Assembly: GCA_963549685.1 (NCBI GenBank)
Contig: CAUUZR010000001.1
Span: 1-62,864 of the forward strand
Direction of reading: 5' to 3'
Origin: an uncultured Candidatus Saccharibacteria bacterium
GTDB taxonomy: Bacteria; Patescibacteriota; Saccharimonadia; Saccharimonadales; Saccharimonadaceae
DNA: 62,864 nucleotides
The notes beneath the pieces are model-generated. The model saw only the letters and a program-made list of their open reading frames with translations, made no database searches and was not told where the DNA came from. Positions 42,576 through 52,406 of this stretch are shown piece by piece (the first letter of the stretch is position 1; each line of letters begins with the position of its first letter). The translations under genes and the position numbers were made by a program.

Positions 42576-43121
42576 ATGAAACCATTGCAACCATCATCAC
42601 CTCATATCATTGCACTAGTTGGCACACCCGGTGCGGGCAAGTCTCATTTTGCTGAAGAGTTTGCCAAAATGTTTCACGCACCACTATTTTCCGCAGATAA
42701 GTTAGAGATGTTATCATCAGATTCTAAGGCTATCAATGAAGTAGCTCTGGATTTACTAAAACAGTTCGCTAAAACTCAGCAGACGATAATTTTTGACGGA
42801 GCGACCGAGCAGAGAGTTATACGTACAAAAATAGCTCAAATCGCCAGAGAGAATGGCTATAAATTACTACTGGTTTGGGTGCAGACTGATCCAGCAACAG
42901 CCAAAAGTCGCTGGATGAAAGCTCATGGCGATGAATCGCTATTTGAACAGAAATTGAAACATTTTTCACCACCTCACAATAGCGAACACTGCGTGGTTAT
43001 CAGTGGACGACACACTTTTAATACACAAGCTCGCACAGTATTGAAACGACTCAGCGGAAATCGCGCACCATCAAACATTCCAGAGCGTCGCAGTGTTTCT
43101 AATCGCCTCAATATAGGTTAA
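42576..43121 (+). CDS. P-loop nucleotide kinase-like (AAA_33) protein
   Basis: GTPGAGKS Walker A, IIFDG. Confidence 0.8.
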   Translation: MKPLQPSSPHIIALVGTPGAGKSHFAEEFAKMFHAPLFSADKLEMLSSDSKAINEVALDLLKQFAKTQQTIIFDGATEQRVIRTKIAQIARENGYKLLLVWVQTDPATAKSRWMKAHGDESLFEQKLKHFSPPHNSEHCVVISGRHTFNTQARTVLKRLSGNRAPSNIPERRSVSNRLNIG

Positions 43122-43123
43122 CT

Positions 43124-43816
43124 ATGCCAATCATCACTGATGATGAATTCGGGGAAATAGTTGTTTCAAAACACAGCAAATCTAGCGCTATCAGCTTACG
43201 TATTGCGCCCGACGGTCGCCTCAAAATCACTATGCCGACTTATGCGCCATTATTTTCTGCCAAGGCTTTAGTGAAAACCTCTCACTCACAAATTCGCCAA
43301 TTACTTAATGAGCGTCAAAAATCTCTCGCTTATTTACAAGACCAAACAATTGGCAAAAGTCACCATTTATTATTTCAAACCACAACTGATGCCTCAAAAA
43401 TCACCCTTCACGGTACACAAATTATCGCTAAAATCAACCAACATGATAATATTCAAAGTCCAGAAATTCAGCAACAAATCCGTCAAAAAATTGTCACTGC
43501 TTTACGCAAAGAAGCAAAAAGCTATCTACCACGTCGTTTGAAATTCTTGGCTGAAAAATATGATTTTTATTATCAAAACACCAAAATCACCCACGCTTCA
43601 AGTCGGTGGGGAAGTTGCTCATCTAGAGGCACGATTAGCCTTAATATCGGATTGATGAATTTACCTTTTGAGTTGATTGATTATGTAATTATCCATGAAT
43701 TATGCCACACTCGTCACATGAATCACTCAACCGATTTTTGGCAAGAAGTCGAGCGATACGACCCAGATTATAAATCACACCGCACCACGCTTAAACAACA
43801 TTCTCCCAATATCTAA
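43124..43816 (+). CDS. YgjP/DUF45 family zinc metallohydrolase
   Basis: RWGSCS, YVIIHELCH, NHS..FW. Confidence 0.9.
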   Translation: MPIITDDEFGEIVVSKHSKSSAISLRIAPDGRLKITMPTYAPLFSAKALVKTSHSQIRQLLNERQKSLAYLQDQTIGKSHHLLFQTTTDASKITLHGTQIIAKINQHDNIQSPEIQQQIRQKIVTALRKEAKSYLPRRLKFLAEKYDFYYQNTKITHASSRWGSCSSRGTISLNIGLMNLPFELIDYVIIHELCHTRHMNHSTDFWQEVERYDPDYKSHRTTLKQHSPNI

Positions 43817-43839
43817 TCCGCTTATGATATAATTTTTAT

Positions 43840-45021
43840 ATGTACGAATTGCTAATCTTTATCGCAATAATTTCTACCGTCACATCTGTTGTTATGTTAT
43901 TGGCAATTTTAACTTTATTAAAAAAGGTGGAAGATAAAAACACTGAAGATTGCAATAAAAAAGACCTTAATCGGCACGAGATGCTAACAATCATCAACAA
44001 TATTAACGCCGCTGTCATCAATATGGATGAACACGGTATTATCACCATGTTCAACGCAGCAACGCTAGATCTTATAGATACTAATGAAACCATTGAAGGT
44101 GAGCATATTAGCGAGGTGTTAAGTTTAGAGACAGTAGAACATCAACCAGTTGACATTTTTAAGGAATTGACAAAATCATCTGCCATTCGTCAACGTGATG
44201 ATTTACTGATCGCTGATACAGAAGAGGAAACTCGTCTTGAAGTTACTTTCGCACCAGTTCAAGAGGGGAATAAGTTAACTCCTGATGGTTATGTATTAAT
44301 TCTGCGAGATATCACTAAAAAGAAAAATCTGGAAGAAGAGCGTGACGAATTTATCAGTGTGGTTAGTCATGAACTACGCACACCAATTACTATCGCCGAA
44401 GGGTCGCTCAGTAACGCCAAATTACTCATTGAACGCAAAATGAATGATAAAATTCCTGCGGCAATCGACGAATCCCATAAACAAGTGTTATTTTTGGCTC
44501 GCATGGTCAATGACCTTAGTACTTTATCTCGAGCTGAGCGTGGCGTGTCTGATGAGAAAGAAGTTATTGACTTGACTGAGTTAGCTAAAAAAACTATTGA
44601 TGAATATTCACCACAAGCAGAAGAAAAGGGCTTAGCCTTTAATCTGGATATCGGCAGCCAACCAGGGTCCGTAGAAGCTTCACGACTTTATCTGGAAGAA
44701 TTATTACAAAACTTTATCACCAACGCCATCCGCTACACCCAAAAGGGTCAAGTAACTTTATCAATAAAAAAGGACAAATCTGGTAACGTGGTATTCAAAG
44801 TGAAAGACTCTGGCATTGGCATTAGTAAAGCTGATTTGGGCAAGATTTTTGACAAATTTTACCGCGCTGAAGATTATCGCACCAGAGAGACCAACGGCAC
44901 AGGCTTAGGTTTATACGTTTCTGCCAAATTAGCTCGAAAATTAGGCTGCAAGATTGAAGTGGAAAGTCGACTGAATAATGGCTCAACTTTCAGCTTTAAA
45001 CTGCCTCAATATAAAAAGTAA
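43840..45021 (+). CDS. PAS-domain sensor histidine kinase
   Basis: SHELRTP, NFITNAIRY, DSGIG, GTGLGL. Confidence 0.92.
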   Translation: MYELLIFIAIISTVTSVVMLLAILTLLKKVEDKNTEDCNKKDLNRHEMLTIINNINAAVINMDEHGIITMFNAATLDLIDTNETIEGEHISEVLSLETVEHQPVDIFKELTKSSAIRQRDDLLIADTEEETRLEVTFAPVQEGNKLTPDGYVLILRDITKKKNLEEERDEFISVVSHELRTPITIAEGSLSNAKLLIERKMNDKIPAAIDESHKQVLFLARMVNDLSTLSRAERGVSDEKEVIDLTELAKKTIDEYSPQAEEKGLAFNLDIGSQPGSVEASRLYLEELLQNFITNAIRYTQKGQVTLSIKKDKSGNVVFKVKDSGIGISKADLGKIFDKFYRAEDYRTRETNGTGLGLYVSAKLARKLGCKIEVESRLNNGSTFSFKLPQYKK

Positions 45022-45097
45022 TTTGCATTTTTTCTGCTAATCAATTACAATAGTCTTGACAGTCTGCAAGAACAGACTTTTTAATTTGGGAGAAAAT

Positions 45098-45433
45098 ATG
45101 GCGAAACAGGGCAAATCGACCGAAAAGGCTAAGGTTCATCGCATAAAAGCAACTGACGATGCGCCTAAGAAAACTAAAAAACCTCAATCTAAAGTAATTA
45201 AAAAAACCACCCCCAAGCCTGTGGCAAAAACGACATCAAACAAAAATCTCTTGTCTGCCATAGGTGGCTATTTCAAGGGAGCTTGGAAAGAACTCAAGCA
45301 AGTTCGCTGGCCGAATCGCAAAACGACTTGGGCGATGACCTCAGCTGTCATACTGTTTACCATCATATTTGTGGTATTTATTCTGCTAGTTGACGCTGGC
45401 TTTAATTGGGTATTTGAGAAAATTTTGAAATAA
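45098..45433 (+). CDS. secE: Preprotein translocase subunit SecE
   Basis: ELKQVRWP plus one TM; precedes nusG. Confidence 0.93.
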   Translation: MAKQGKSTEKAKVHRIKATDDAPKKTKKPQSKVIKKTTPKPVAKTTSNKNLLSAIGGYFKGAWKELKQVRWPNRKTTWAMTSAVILFTIIFVVFILLVDAGFNWVFEKILK

Positions 45434-45443
45434 AGGAGTTTTT

Positions 45444-45989
45444 ATGAGCGCAAAACGATACGACGACACAAGACAATGGTACGCCATTCACACCTATTCT
45501 GGCTATGAGGAAAAAGTAGCCGATAGCATTCGTCAACGGATTAACGGCGTTGACATGGCAGATAAAATTTTTGACTGCATGGTGCCAAAGGAAAAACAAA
45601 TCCAAATTAAAAATGGCAAACGAAAAATCGTTGAAGCTAAAATTTTCCAAGGTTATGTACTGGTTGAGATGAAATTAACTGACGAGACTTGGTATATTAT
45701 TCGCAACACGCCAGGCGTAACCGGATTTGTTGGTGCTGACACTACGCCAACGCCAGTTTCAGAAAAAGAAATTGCTAAAATCAAAAAGCGCATGGGTGTT
45801 GAAGAGCCAAAGCATCAGATTGATTTCTCTGAAGGTGAAGTTGTTAGCATCACTGATGGACCATTCAAAGGATTTGATGGCACCGTTTCAGAAATTGACC
45901 CTGCCAAAGGCACGCTTAAAGTCATGGTCAGTATGTTTGGTCGTGACACACCCGTTGAGCTGGACGCTTTGCAAGTCAAGAAAGTCTAG
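45444..45989 (+). CDS. nusG: Transcription elongation factor NusG
   Basis: WYAIHTYSGYE, NTPGVTGF, KOW GPF..F.G, FGRDTPVEL. Confidence 0.97.
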   Translation: MSAKRYDDTRQWYAIHTYSGYEEKVADSIRQRINGVDMADKIFDCMVPKEKQIQIKNGKRKIVEAKIFQGYVLVEMKLTDETWYIIRNTPGVTGFVGADTTPTPVSEKEIAKIKKRMGVEEPKHQIDFSEGEVVSITDGPFKGFDGTVSEIDPAKGTLKVMVSMFGRDTPVELDALQVKKV

Positions 45990-46080
45990 CTAATTTGCAA
46001 AATTGTGCGGAATTAGTTATAATTTGGTAGTTACGCACTAAATATTCGCTTCAAATTTAATATTTAGTAAAGGAAAATTT

Positions 46081-46506
46081 ATGGCAAAAAAAGTAATCGG
46101 TAATTTGAAATTACGTATCCCAGCTGGCCGGGCAACCGCAGGTCCTCCAGTTGGCTCAACTCTCGGTCAGTGGGGGCTTAATATGATGGACTTTATCAAT
46201 CCATTCAACGAAGCTACCAAAGGTGACATGGGGAAGGATGTAATTGTACACATTCAAGTGTTTGAAGATCGCACATTTGCGTGGAAATCACTTGGACAGC
46301 CAGTTGACGACATGATTCGTACAGCAATTGGCATCCAAAAGGGTAGTGGCAAGCCACACGCTGATAAAGTTGGCAAAATCACTCGTGCGCAACTCGAGGA
46401 AATCGCAAAGGCTAAAATGGATCAGCTTAATGCAATCGACCTTGAAGGAGCAGTCAAAATAGTGGCTGGCACTTGTCGCAGTATGGGTGTTGAAGTAGCA
46501 GATTAG
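46081..46506 (+). CDS. rplK: 50S ribosomal protein L11
   Basis: PPVGSTLGQ, GTCRSMG. Confidence 0.97.
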   Translation: MAKKVIGNLKLRIPAGRATAGPPVGSTLGQWGLNMMDFINPFNEATKGDMGKDVIVHIQVFEDRTFAWKSLGQPVDDMIRTAIGIQKGSGKPHADKVGKITRAQLEEIAKAKMDQLNAIDLEGAVKIVAGTCRSMGVEVAD

Positions 46507-46523
46507 TTTCACTCTTGACAGAT

Positions 46524-46550
46524 AATCGCCTCGTTGATGGGGCGATTTTT
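46524..46550 (+). terminator. Terminator after rplK
   Basis: AATCGCCTC-gttgat-GGGGCGATT-TTT. Confidence 0.7.
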
Positions 46551-46573
46551 CATTATTTGATATAATGTCTATC

Positions 46574-47128
46574 GTGATTATTGTCAAATCTATTACTAAC
46601 CCTCAGGTTATTAGCGCATTACAGCATAATGAGCTAATCATAGCACTCACTGACACAATTTATGGTATTTTGGCTACTGCCCAAAATCAACAGGCAATTG
46701 ATAAATTATACCGAGTGCGACACCGGTCTTTCAACAAACCATGTATCGTTCTGATCGATCACCTAGAGTTCATCCCCAACCTGACCGCAGATCAACGCCA
46801 GACTTACAATAAGCTAAATAGTGAACGACCAACCACCATTATCGCCAAAGTTCCTGATAATTTCTTACCACACGCACCTCGTAATAACCACACCTTGGCT
46901 TTTCGTGTTGTCTATGGAAAGTTAGCCACTCTGGTTAAAAACGTTGGGCCGATCTTAGCACCAAGCGCCAATCCCGAAGGACTACCGCCAGCCAAAGACA
47001 TCAACCAAGCAATTGATTATTTTGGCGAACAAATTAGCGTTTATGTTGATGGCGGTCAGATTACCCAAGATAATCCATCACGTATCGTTTCATTAGCTGA
47101 CAATAATTTTAAAATAATCCGAGATTAA
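46574..47128 (+). CDS. Sua5/YrdC threonylcarbamoyl-AMP synthase
   Basis: TDTIYG, R...KP, APSANPEG, PSRIV; start uncertain (46565 ATG or 46574 GTG). Confidence 0.88.
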   Translation: MIIVKSITNPQVISALQHNELIIALTDTIYGILATAQNQQAIDKLYRVRHRSFNKPCIVLIDHLEFIPNLTADQRQTYNKLNSERPTTIIAKVPDNFLPHAPRNNHTLAFRVVYGKLATLVKNVGPILAPSANPEGLPPAKDINQAIDYFGEQISVYVDGGQITQDNPSRIVSLADNNFKIIRD

Positions 47129-47130
47129 TC

Positions 47131-48408
47131 TTATTTGAACGGTCGTGCCAATTCCAAATCCGGCTGCATCTCTGCAATCCGCATCAATTCATTATATTTA
47201 GCAATCCGCTCTGAGCGTGACATTGAGCCAGTTTTAATTTGCCCAGTACCTAATCCAACCGCCAGATGAGCAATCGTTACATCCTCCGTTTCACCCGAAC
47301 GATGGCTCATAATCGTATTCCAGCCAGCTTTTTGTGCCATTTGCACCGCTCGAATCGTCTCTGTTAATGTGCCAATTTGGTTTGGTTTAATTAGAATTGC
47401 GTTACCAGCTTTTTCAGCAATTGCTCGATCAAGCCGAGCGGTATTCGTCACTAATAAATCATCACCCACCAATTGGACGGACTCGCCCAATTCTGTCGTC
47501 ATCTTCTGCCAATCTTCCCAGGACTCCTCATTCAGACCATCTTCAATAGACAATACCGGCAATTTACTAATCAAGACTTGATACATTTTGATCATTTCAT
47601 CAGCGGTCAAAATTCGGCGCTCTGTCGATAAATTATATTTACCGTTTTCGTAAAATTCACTAGACGCTACATCTAGCGCAAAAGCAAAATCAACTCCCAA
47701 ACGATAGCCCGCTTGCTCAATTGCTCCGGATATCAATGAAAGTGGCTCCATATTGCCATTTTTTACCCGTGGCGCATAACCACCCTCATCACCAACCGTC
47801 GTCGGATAATCAGCCGTTTTCAGAACTTTCGCTAAAGCGTGAAACACCTCAGCACTCATACGAACCGCATCTGAGAAAGTCGCCGCACTAACTGGAATGA
47901 TCATATATTCCTGTAAATCCGTCGCTCCCAGGGCGTGTTGGCCACCGTTCATTACGTTAATCATTGGCAAGGGCAGGGACATTTTTGGTTTGCCAGCCAA
48001 AGCATTCACATATTGAAACAGCTCCATTCTACAAGCTTTTGTGGCAGCTTTAGCGACCGCCAGAGACACTGCCAAAATTGCATTAGCACCAAGTCGCCCC
48101 TTATTTGATGTATTGTCCAGCTGTATCATACGCTGATCAATTTGCGCTTGCTCTAACGGATTAAGCCCCTTAAGCGCATTGGCAATTTCATTGTTGATAT
48201 TATCAACCGCTTTCAAAACACTTTTACCACCATATGCCAAATCACCATCTCTCAACTCCACCGCTTCAAAAGAACCGGTACTAGCTCCAGACGGCACTGC
48301 CGCTCGTCCGAAACTACCATCGCTCAAGACAACATCCGCTTCCACCGTCGGATTGCCACGAGAATCTAAAATTTGCCGTGCGTATATATTTGTAATTGTA
48401 ATGTCCAT
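47131..48408 (-). CDS. eno: Enolase
   Basis: DSRGNPTVE, VPSGASTG, GDEGG, SHRSGET. Confidence 0.98.
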   Translation of the reverse strand: MDITITNIYARQILDSRGNPTVEADVVLSDGSFGRAAVPSGASTGSFEAVELRDGDLAYGGKSVLKAVDNINNEIANALKGLNPLEQAQIDQRMIQLDNTSNKGRLGANAILAVSLAVAKAATKACRMELFQYVNALAGKPKMSLPLPMINVMNGGQHALGATDLQEYMIIPVSAATFSDAVRMSAEVFHALAKVLKTADYPTTVGDEGGYAPRVKNGNMEPLSLISGAIEQAGYRLGVDFAFALDVASSEFYENGKYNLSTERRILTADEMIKMYQVLISKLPVLSIEDGLNEESWEDWQKMTTELGESVQLVGDDLLVTNTARLDRAIAEKAGNAILIKPNQIGTLTETIRAVQMAQKAGWNTIMSHRSGETEDVTIAHLAVGLGTGQIKTGSMSRSERIAKYNELMRIAEMQPDLELARPFK

Positions 48409-48519
48409 GTAGCTATTTTAGCAAAAACTACAGCACACTAGTGCTTAAAGTTATACTTTTTTACAAATAATTTGCCAAATCTCCAGATTTTTGGTACAAT
48501 TTACTCTGTTATCAATCAA

Positions 48520-48553
48520 GGTTGGGAGGCTAGCATATAGCCGTTTGCACCAC
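48520..48553 (+). promoter_or_regulatory. L1-binding autoregulatory mRNA element
   Basis: GGGAG-GCTA-gcata-TAGCC...ACCAC just before the rplA SD, matching the known GGGAG...ACCAC pattern. Confidence 0.65.
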
Positions 48554-48569
48554 AGAAAGGATTTTCAAT

Positions 48570-49541
48570 ATGGCAAAAAAAGCCGAGTTGCTAGAAAAAG
48601 CAGCAGAATTAAAACTAGAAGTTAGCGAGAAGAATACTATCGCTGAAATTGAAGCAGCCATCGCTGGAGTAGAGAAGCATGAAGTGCGAGAAGCTCATGT
48701 GGCTAAAGCTGGTAAGCGCAGTCAAAAATCTCTTGACGAAGCTGAGGCAAAGGCAGAAAAAGAGGCTCGCAAGGAAGCTGGTGACACCACTCCACAATTA
48801 GAAGACGCTGAGGCGACCGTTAAAAAAGGCCCAAAGCCAATTACTCGTCCACGCCTGGAGCGCCGTGGCAAGAAGTATCAAGAAATGGCTAAGAAAATTG
48901 ACAAAAACAAGCTTTACGATTTGAGTGAAGCATTGAAATTAGCTACTGAGTCAAGCCCTGTCAAGTTTGACGCATCAATCGAAGTTCATGTTCGCCTTGG
49001 TGTTGATCCACGCCAAGCTGATCAGAATATTCGTGCTACCGTTGCTTTGCCACACGGTACCGGTAAAGATGTTCGTGTAGCCGTTTTTGCTCCAGAAAGT
49101 GAGCATGCAGCTGCCAAGAAAGCTGGCGCTGATGTTATTGGTGATGAGGAATTCTTGAAACAGCTTGATAAAGAAGAGTTAAACTTTGATATTCTAGTCG
49201 CAACACCACAGTATATGCCAAAGCTTGGTAAATATGCCCGTTTACTTGGACCACGTGGTTTAATGCCAAATCCAAAATCTGGCACCGTTGCTAATGATGT
49301 CGCTAAGGCAGTCTCTGAGGCTAAGGCTGGTAAAGTTGAATACCGTGTTGATAAGCAAGCAATCGTTCATTTAGGTATCGGCAAAGTGTCGTTTGGCGCT
49401 GACAAGCTGTCAGAAAATGCACAAGCCTTCTTCAAGAGTCTTAACGCTCAGAAACCATCAAGTCTGAAGGGTGTTTATGTGAAATCAATCGCTATCACCA
49501 CCACTATGGGACCAAGCATTAAGGTTGAAAATAATCTGTAG
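48570..49541 (+). CDS. rplA: 50S ribosomal protein L1 with ~95-aa N-terminal extension
   Basis: KFDASIE, LPHGTGK, LGPRGLMPNPKSGTV, TTMGP. Confidence 0.97.
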   Translation: MAKKAELLEKAAELKLEVSEKNTIAEIEAAIAGVEKHEVREAHVAKAGKRSQKSLDEAEAKAEKEARKEAGDTTPQLEDAEATVKKGPKPITRPRLERRGKKYQEMAKKIDKNKLYDLSEALKLATESSPVKFDASIEVHVRLGVDPRQADQNIRATVALPHGTGKDVRVAVFAPESEHAAAKKAGADVIGDEEFLKQLDKEELNFDILVATPQYMPKLGKYARLLGPRGLMPNPKSGTVANDVAKAVSEAKAGKVEYRVDKQAIVHLGIGKVSFGADKLSENAQAFFKSLNAQKPSSLKGVYVKSIAITTTMGPSIKVENNL

Positions 49542-49559
49542 AATAATTAAATTCACAAT

Positions 49560-49588
49560 AATAGCTCCGCTGTCGAGGCGGAGTTATT
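49560..49588. terminator. Bidirectional terminator
   Basis: AATAGCTCCGC...GCGGAGTTATT. Confidence 0.7.
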
Positions 49589-49606
49589 ATTATTGTTATG
49601 ATAGGC

Positions 49607-50236
49607 TTACCTGATGAATTCTTTCAAATCTTGAATCGTAAAACTGCGTTTTTTACCAGCGATTGTCAAGCCAGTCAAATTATAATTTCCTGAGCGATCG
49701 ATCAAAGCAATGGCAGTACCACCAGAGAGGGGATAATATCTTCCGTCACGCCCATGGTATGCGAATACCACTATACGATCGCCTTTCTTAATAGATGGAG
49801 CGCCCTCCATCTCATAGCTAACCCCGTCCACTACACCACCCATAAGTGCAATAGTAACCTCTTTCACACCAGCCTTACCTTTCATAAGATTGATAATCCG
49901 TATCTTGTAGTCAGTGTGTACGTCAGGTGGTACACTTTCATCGGATACATCACGAACCGATCGTACTGCACCATTATCTATCACCACCGCTTCTGCAATC
50001 AGCGAAATATCTTCCGCTCTCATCATCACGCCTACCATCTCTTCTACAGAATAATAAATCGAGTGGAAAGTTGATATATTGACTGTTCTCGTTGACACGT
50101 TTACTTGATTATTAGATTTGTAATAAGACACCAAGCAAAGCGAGATTGTTAACACGGTCAAAGATACTACAACTAGAAAAAATAACATTTTCTTATTGTA
50201 AGATTTATTGCGGGTTAGTGCTAACGGTCTTTTCAT
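49607..50236 (-). CDS. Hypothetical membrane-anchored/exported protein
   Basis: N-terminal hydrophobic helix, SD AAGGGG upstream; no recognised family. Confidence 0.75.
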   Translation of the reverse strand: MKRPLALTRNKSYNKKMLFFLVVVSLTVLTISLCLVSYYKSNNQVNVSTRTVNISTFHSIYYSVEEMVGVMMRAEDISLIAEAVVIDNGAVRSVRDVSDESVPPDVHTDYKIRIINLMKGKAGVKEVTIALMGGVVDGVSYEMEGAPSIKKGDRIVVFAYHGRDGRYYPLSGGTAIALIDRSGNYNLTGLTIAGKKRSFTIQDLKEFIR

Positions 50237-50368
50237 ATAGCCCCTTCTATTTGATTAAGCTATTATCTATAATAAACATTCTATCTCTCAATATTATATA
50301 CGTCAATCATCTTACATGATACGAAAACGCTTGTTTTTCGTTGTCATTTGTGCTACAATGATCACTGA

Positions 50369-50498
50369 CATTACCAAAGACAGTGTGCGACCGAAGGGAA
50401 CTGAGGTATAAAAATGCCGCCGAGGGATGAAACTAACAGTTTTATTGAACGTCTTTGGTAATGCGAGAATCAAAGACGTTTTTTGATTCTCCATTACC
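50369..50498 (+). promoter_or_regulatory. L10 leader / attenuator upstream of rplJ
   Basis: AAGACAG...TAAA...GCCGAGG; alternative helices 50369-81/50451-63, 50448-57/50471-80+TTTT, 50457-74/50482-98. Confidence 0.75.
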
Positions 50499-50552
50499 GC
50501 ACCTTAACAAATTGGCACTAAAGAATGAAAACCAATCAAAGAAAGGAATTTT

Positions 50553-51077
50553 ATGGCAATTTCACGCGATAAAAAACAAACTTTGGTTGCTGAACTCACA
50601 GAACTATTACAGAACGCCAAAGGCACGGCTTTCGCTAAATACGAGGGCCTGTCTGTAGCCGAATTGCAAGAATTGCGTAAATCGGCTCGTGAAGCTGGTG
50701 TAGTTATTAAAGTAGTTAAAAACCGTTTGGTACGTGTGGCATTAGCGGGTATTGATACCTACAAGGATACTGAAACTGCCGGGCTGAGCGGTCAATTAAT
50801 CTACGCTATCAGCGCAGATGATGAAGTTATGCCAGCTAAGATACTAGACGAATTCGCCAAATCTCATCCAGCACTGCAATTAGCTGGTGGCTTCTCAGGC
50901 GAAGGTCTAGCAATTAACGAAGCTGATATTAAGGCACTAGCAGGTCTACCAAGCAAAGATCAACTCATCGCTGAGGTGGTGGCACAACTGCTTTCACCAG
51001 TTCACGATACTGTGGGCGCACTTGGTGGCAACTTGCACGGTCTTTTGGATGGCATCGAGGCCAAGGCAACTGCTTAA
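50553..51077 (+). CDS. rplJ: 50S ribosomal protein L10
   Basis: GLSVAELQELR, VVKNRL, LAGLPSK. Confidence 0.96.
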   Translation: MAISRDKKQTLVAELTELLQNAKGTAFAKYEGLSVAELQELRKSAREAGVVIKVVKNRLVRVALAGIDTYKDTETAGLSGQLIYAISADDEVMPAKILDEFAKSHPALQLAGGFSGEGLAINEADIKALAGLPSKDQLIAEVVAQLLSPVHDTVGALGGNLHGLLDGIEAKATA

Positions 51078-51125
51078 GTTTAGCAATCATAAATTGATAA
51101 TAATTTTTTATTAAAGGAGAATATC

Positions 51126-51503
51126 ATGGCTGATATCAAAAAATTGGCTGAAGAACTGACAAAGTTGACAGTTCTAGAAGTTAACGAACTAAAAAAACAC
51201 TTGAAAGATGAATACGGCATTGAGCCAGCTGCCGCTGCTGTAGCAGTTGCTGGTCCAGCTGCTGGTGGCGCTGCTGATGCAGCTGACGAAAAAACTGAGT
51301 TCACTGTTACTTTGAAAGATGCAGGCGCTCAGAAAGTTGCAGTTATCAAGGCTGTCAAAGAAATCACCGGCCTAGGCTTGGGTGAAGCAAAAGCTATCGT
51401 TGACGGCGCTCCAGCACCAGTCAAGGAAAAAGTTTCTAAAGATGAAGCAGAAGCTGCTAAGAAAACTTTGGAAGAAGCCGGCGCTAGCGTTGAGTTAAGC
51501 TAA
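51126..51503 (+). CDS. rplL: 50S ribosomal protein L7/L12
   Basis: [23 protein letters not shown]. Confidence 0.98.
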   Translation: MADIKKLAEELTKLTVLEVNELKKHLKDEYGIEPAAAAVAVAGPAAGGAADAADEKTEFTVTLKDAGAQKVAVIKAVKEITGLGLGEAKAIVDGAPAPVKEKVSKDEAEAAKKTLEEAGASVELS

Positions 51504-51580
51504 TTTTCATTCTAATCACTTTCACCAGAAATTAAGTTTCCAGTGAAATAAAATCAGCCAATTTGTCATAGGTTTTTATA

Positions 51581-51613
51581 AAAATCACCACTTGAATCTC
51601 GGGTGGTGATTTT
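51581..51613 (+). terminator. Terminator after rplL
   Basis: AAAATCACCAC...GTGGTGATTTT. Confidence 0.7.
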
Positions 51614-51828
51614 GTTTTGTTGATATCCAACAACCTCCAGCTTATACCACGCCAGGCTAAATAAAATCAAGCGTAAAATTTACCACGTTTTTGCCAAACT
51701 ATCTTATACAGCTGTGGAAAATTACTAAAATACTTACGATAATTTACTAGTTACCTCTTGCTTGAGTGATTTTTTTGTGGTATATATAAAACAGTAATAA
51801 TCAAAAATAGACAAGGAATGCGAGAACT

Positions 51829-52344
51829 ATGTCTGACTTACCAGAGAAACAAGTTAAACGTCTACGGGCGTTGATCCAAGAGGCAGAAACTAATTTAGCA
51901 GCAGCTAAAGAATTGTTGATTAGTGTTGTAGGTGATGAAGAGGCAACTGTCACGCCACGTAGCAACACTGATGATATGACCGGAAAAGTAATTGAGGGTG
52001 TTTTTGATGGGCAAATGATGCTTGGACCAGATGGCAAAAATTATCCGATTCCTGCCAATTACGCTTCAAAATCAAAATTAGTTGAAGGCGATTTGATGAA
52101 ACTAACTATCGCTGAAGACGGCGGATTTATCTATAAGCAAATCGGTCCAGTACCACGCCGTCAAGTAATCGGTACATTGGTGCAACACGACGGCGTATAT
52201 TACGTTGAAGCAGGTGGCCGCGAATATCGCATCTTACTCGCCAGTGTAACTTATTTCCGCATCAATGTTGGTGACCAAGTAACCATTATCGTACCAGAAG
52301 ACAACCCAGACGCCACCTGGGCAGCTGTTGAAGCGGCACTGTAA
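51829..52344 (+). CDS. Conserved hypothetical protein
   Basis: IEGVFDG..M...YPIPANYASKSKLVEGD pattern; function unknown. Confidence 0.8.
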   Translation: MSDLPEKQVKRLRALIQEAETNLAAAKELLISVVGDEEATVTPRSNTDDMTGKVIEGVFDGQMMLGPDGKNYPIPANYASKSKLVEGDLMKLTIAEDGGFIYKQIGPVPRRQVIGTLVQHDGVYYVEAGGREYRILLASVTYFRINVGDQVTIIVPEDNPDATWAAVEAAL

Positions 52345-52406
52345 GCAAAAACTTTCGCTTTTGAAGCCGTCCGTACGTGCGGGCGGTTTTTGGTATAATT
52401 ATAGTC

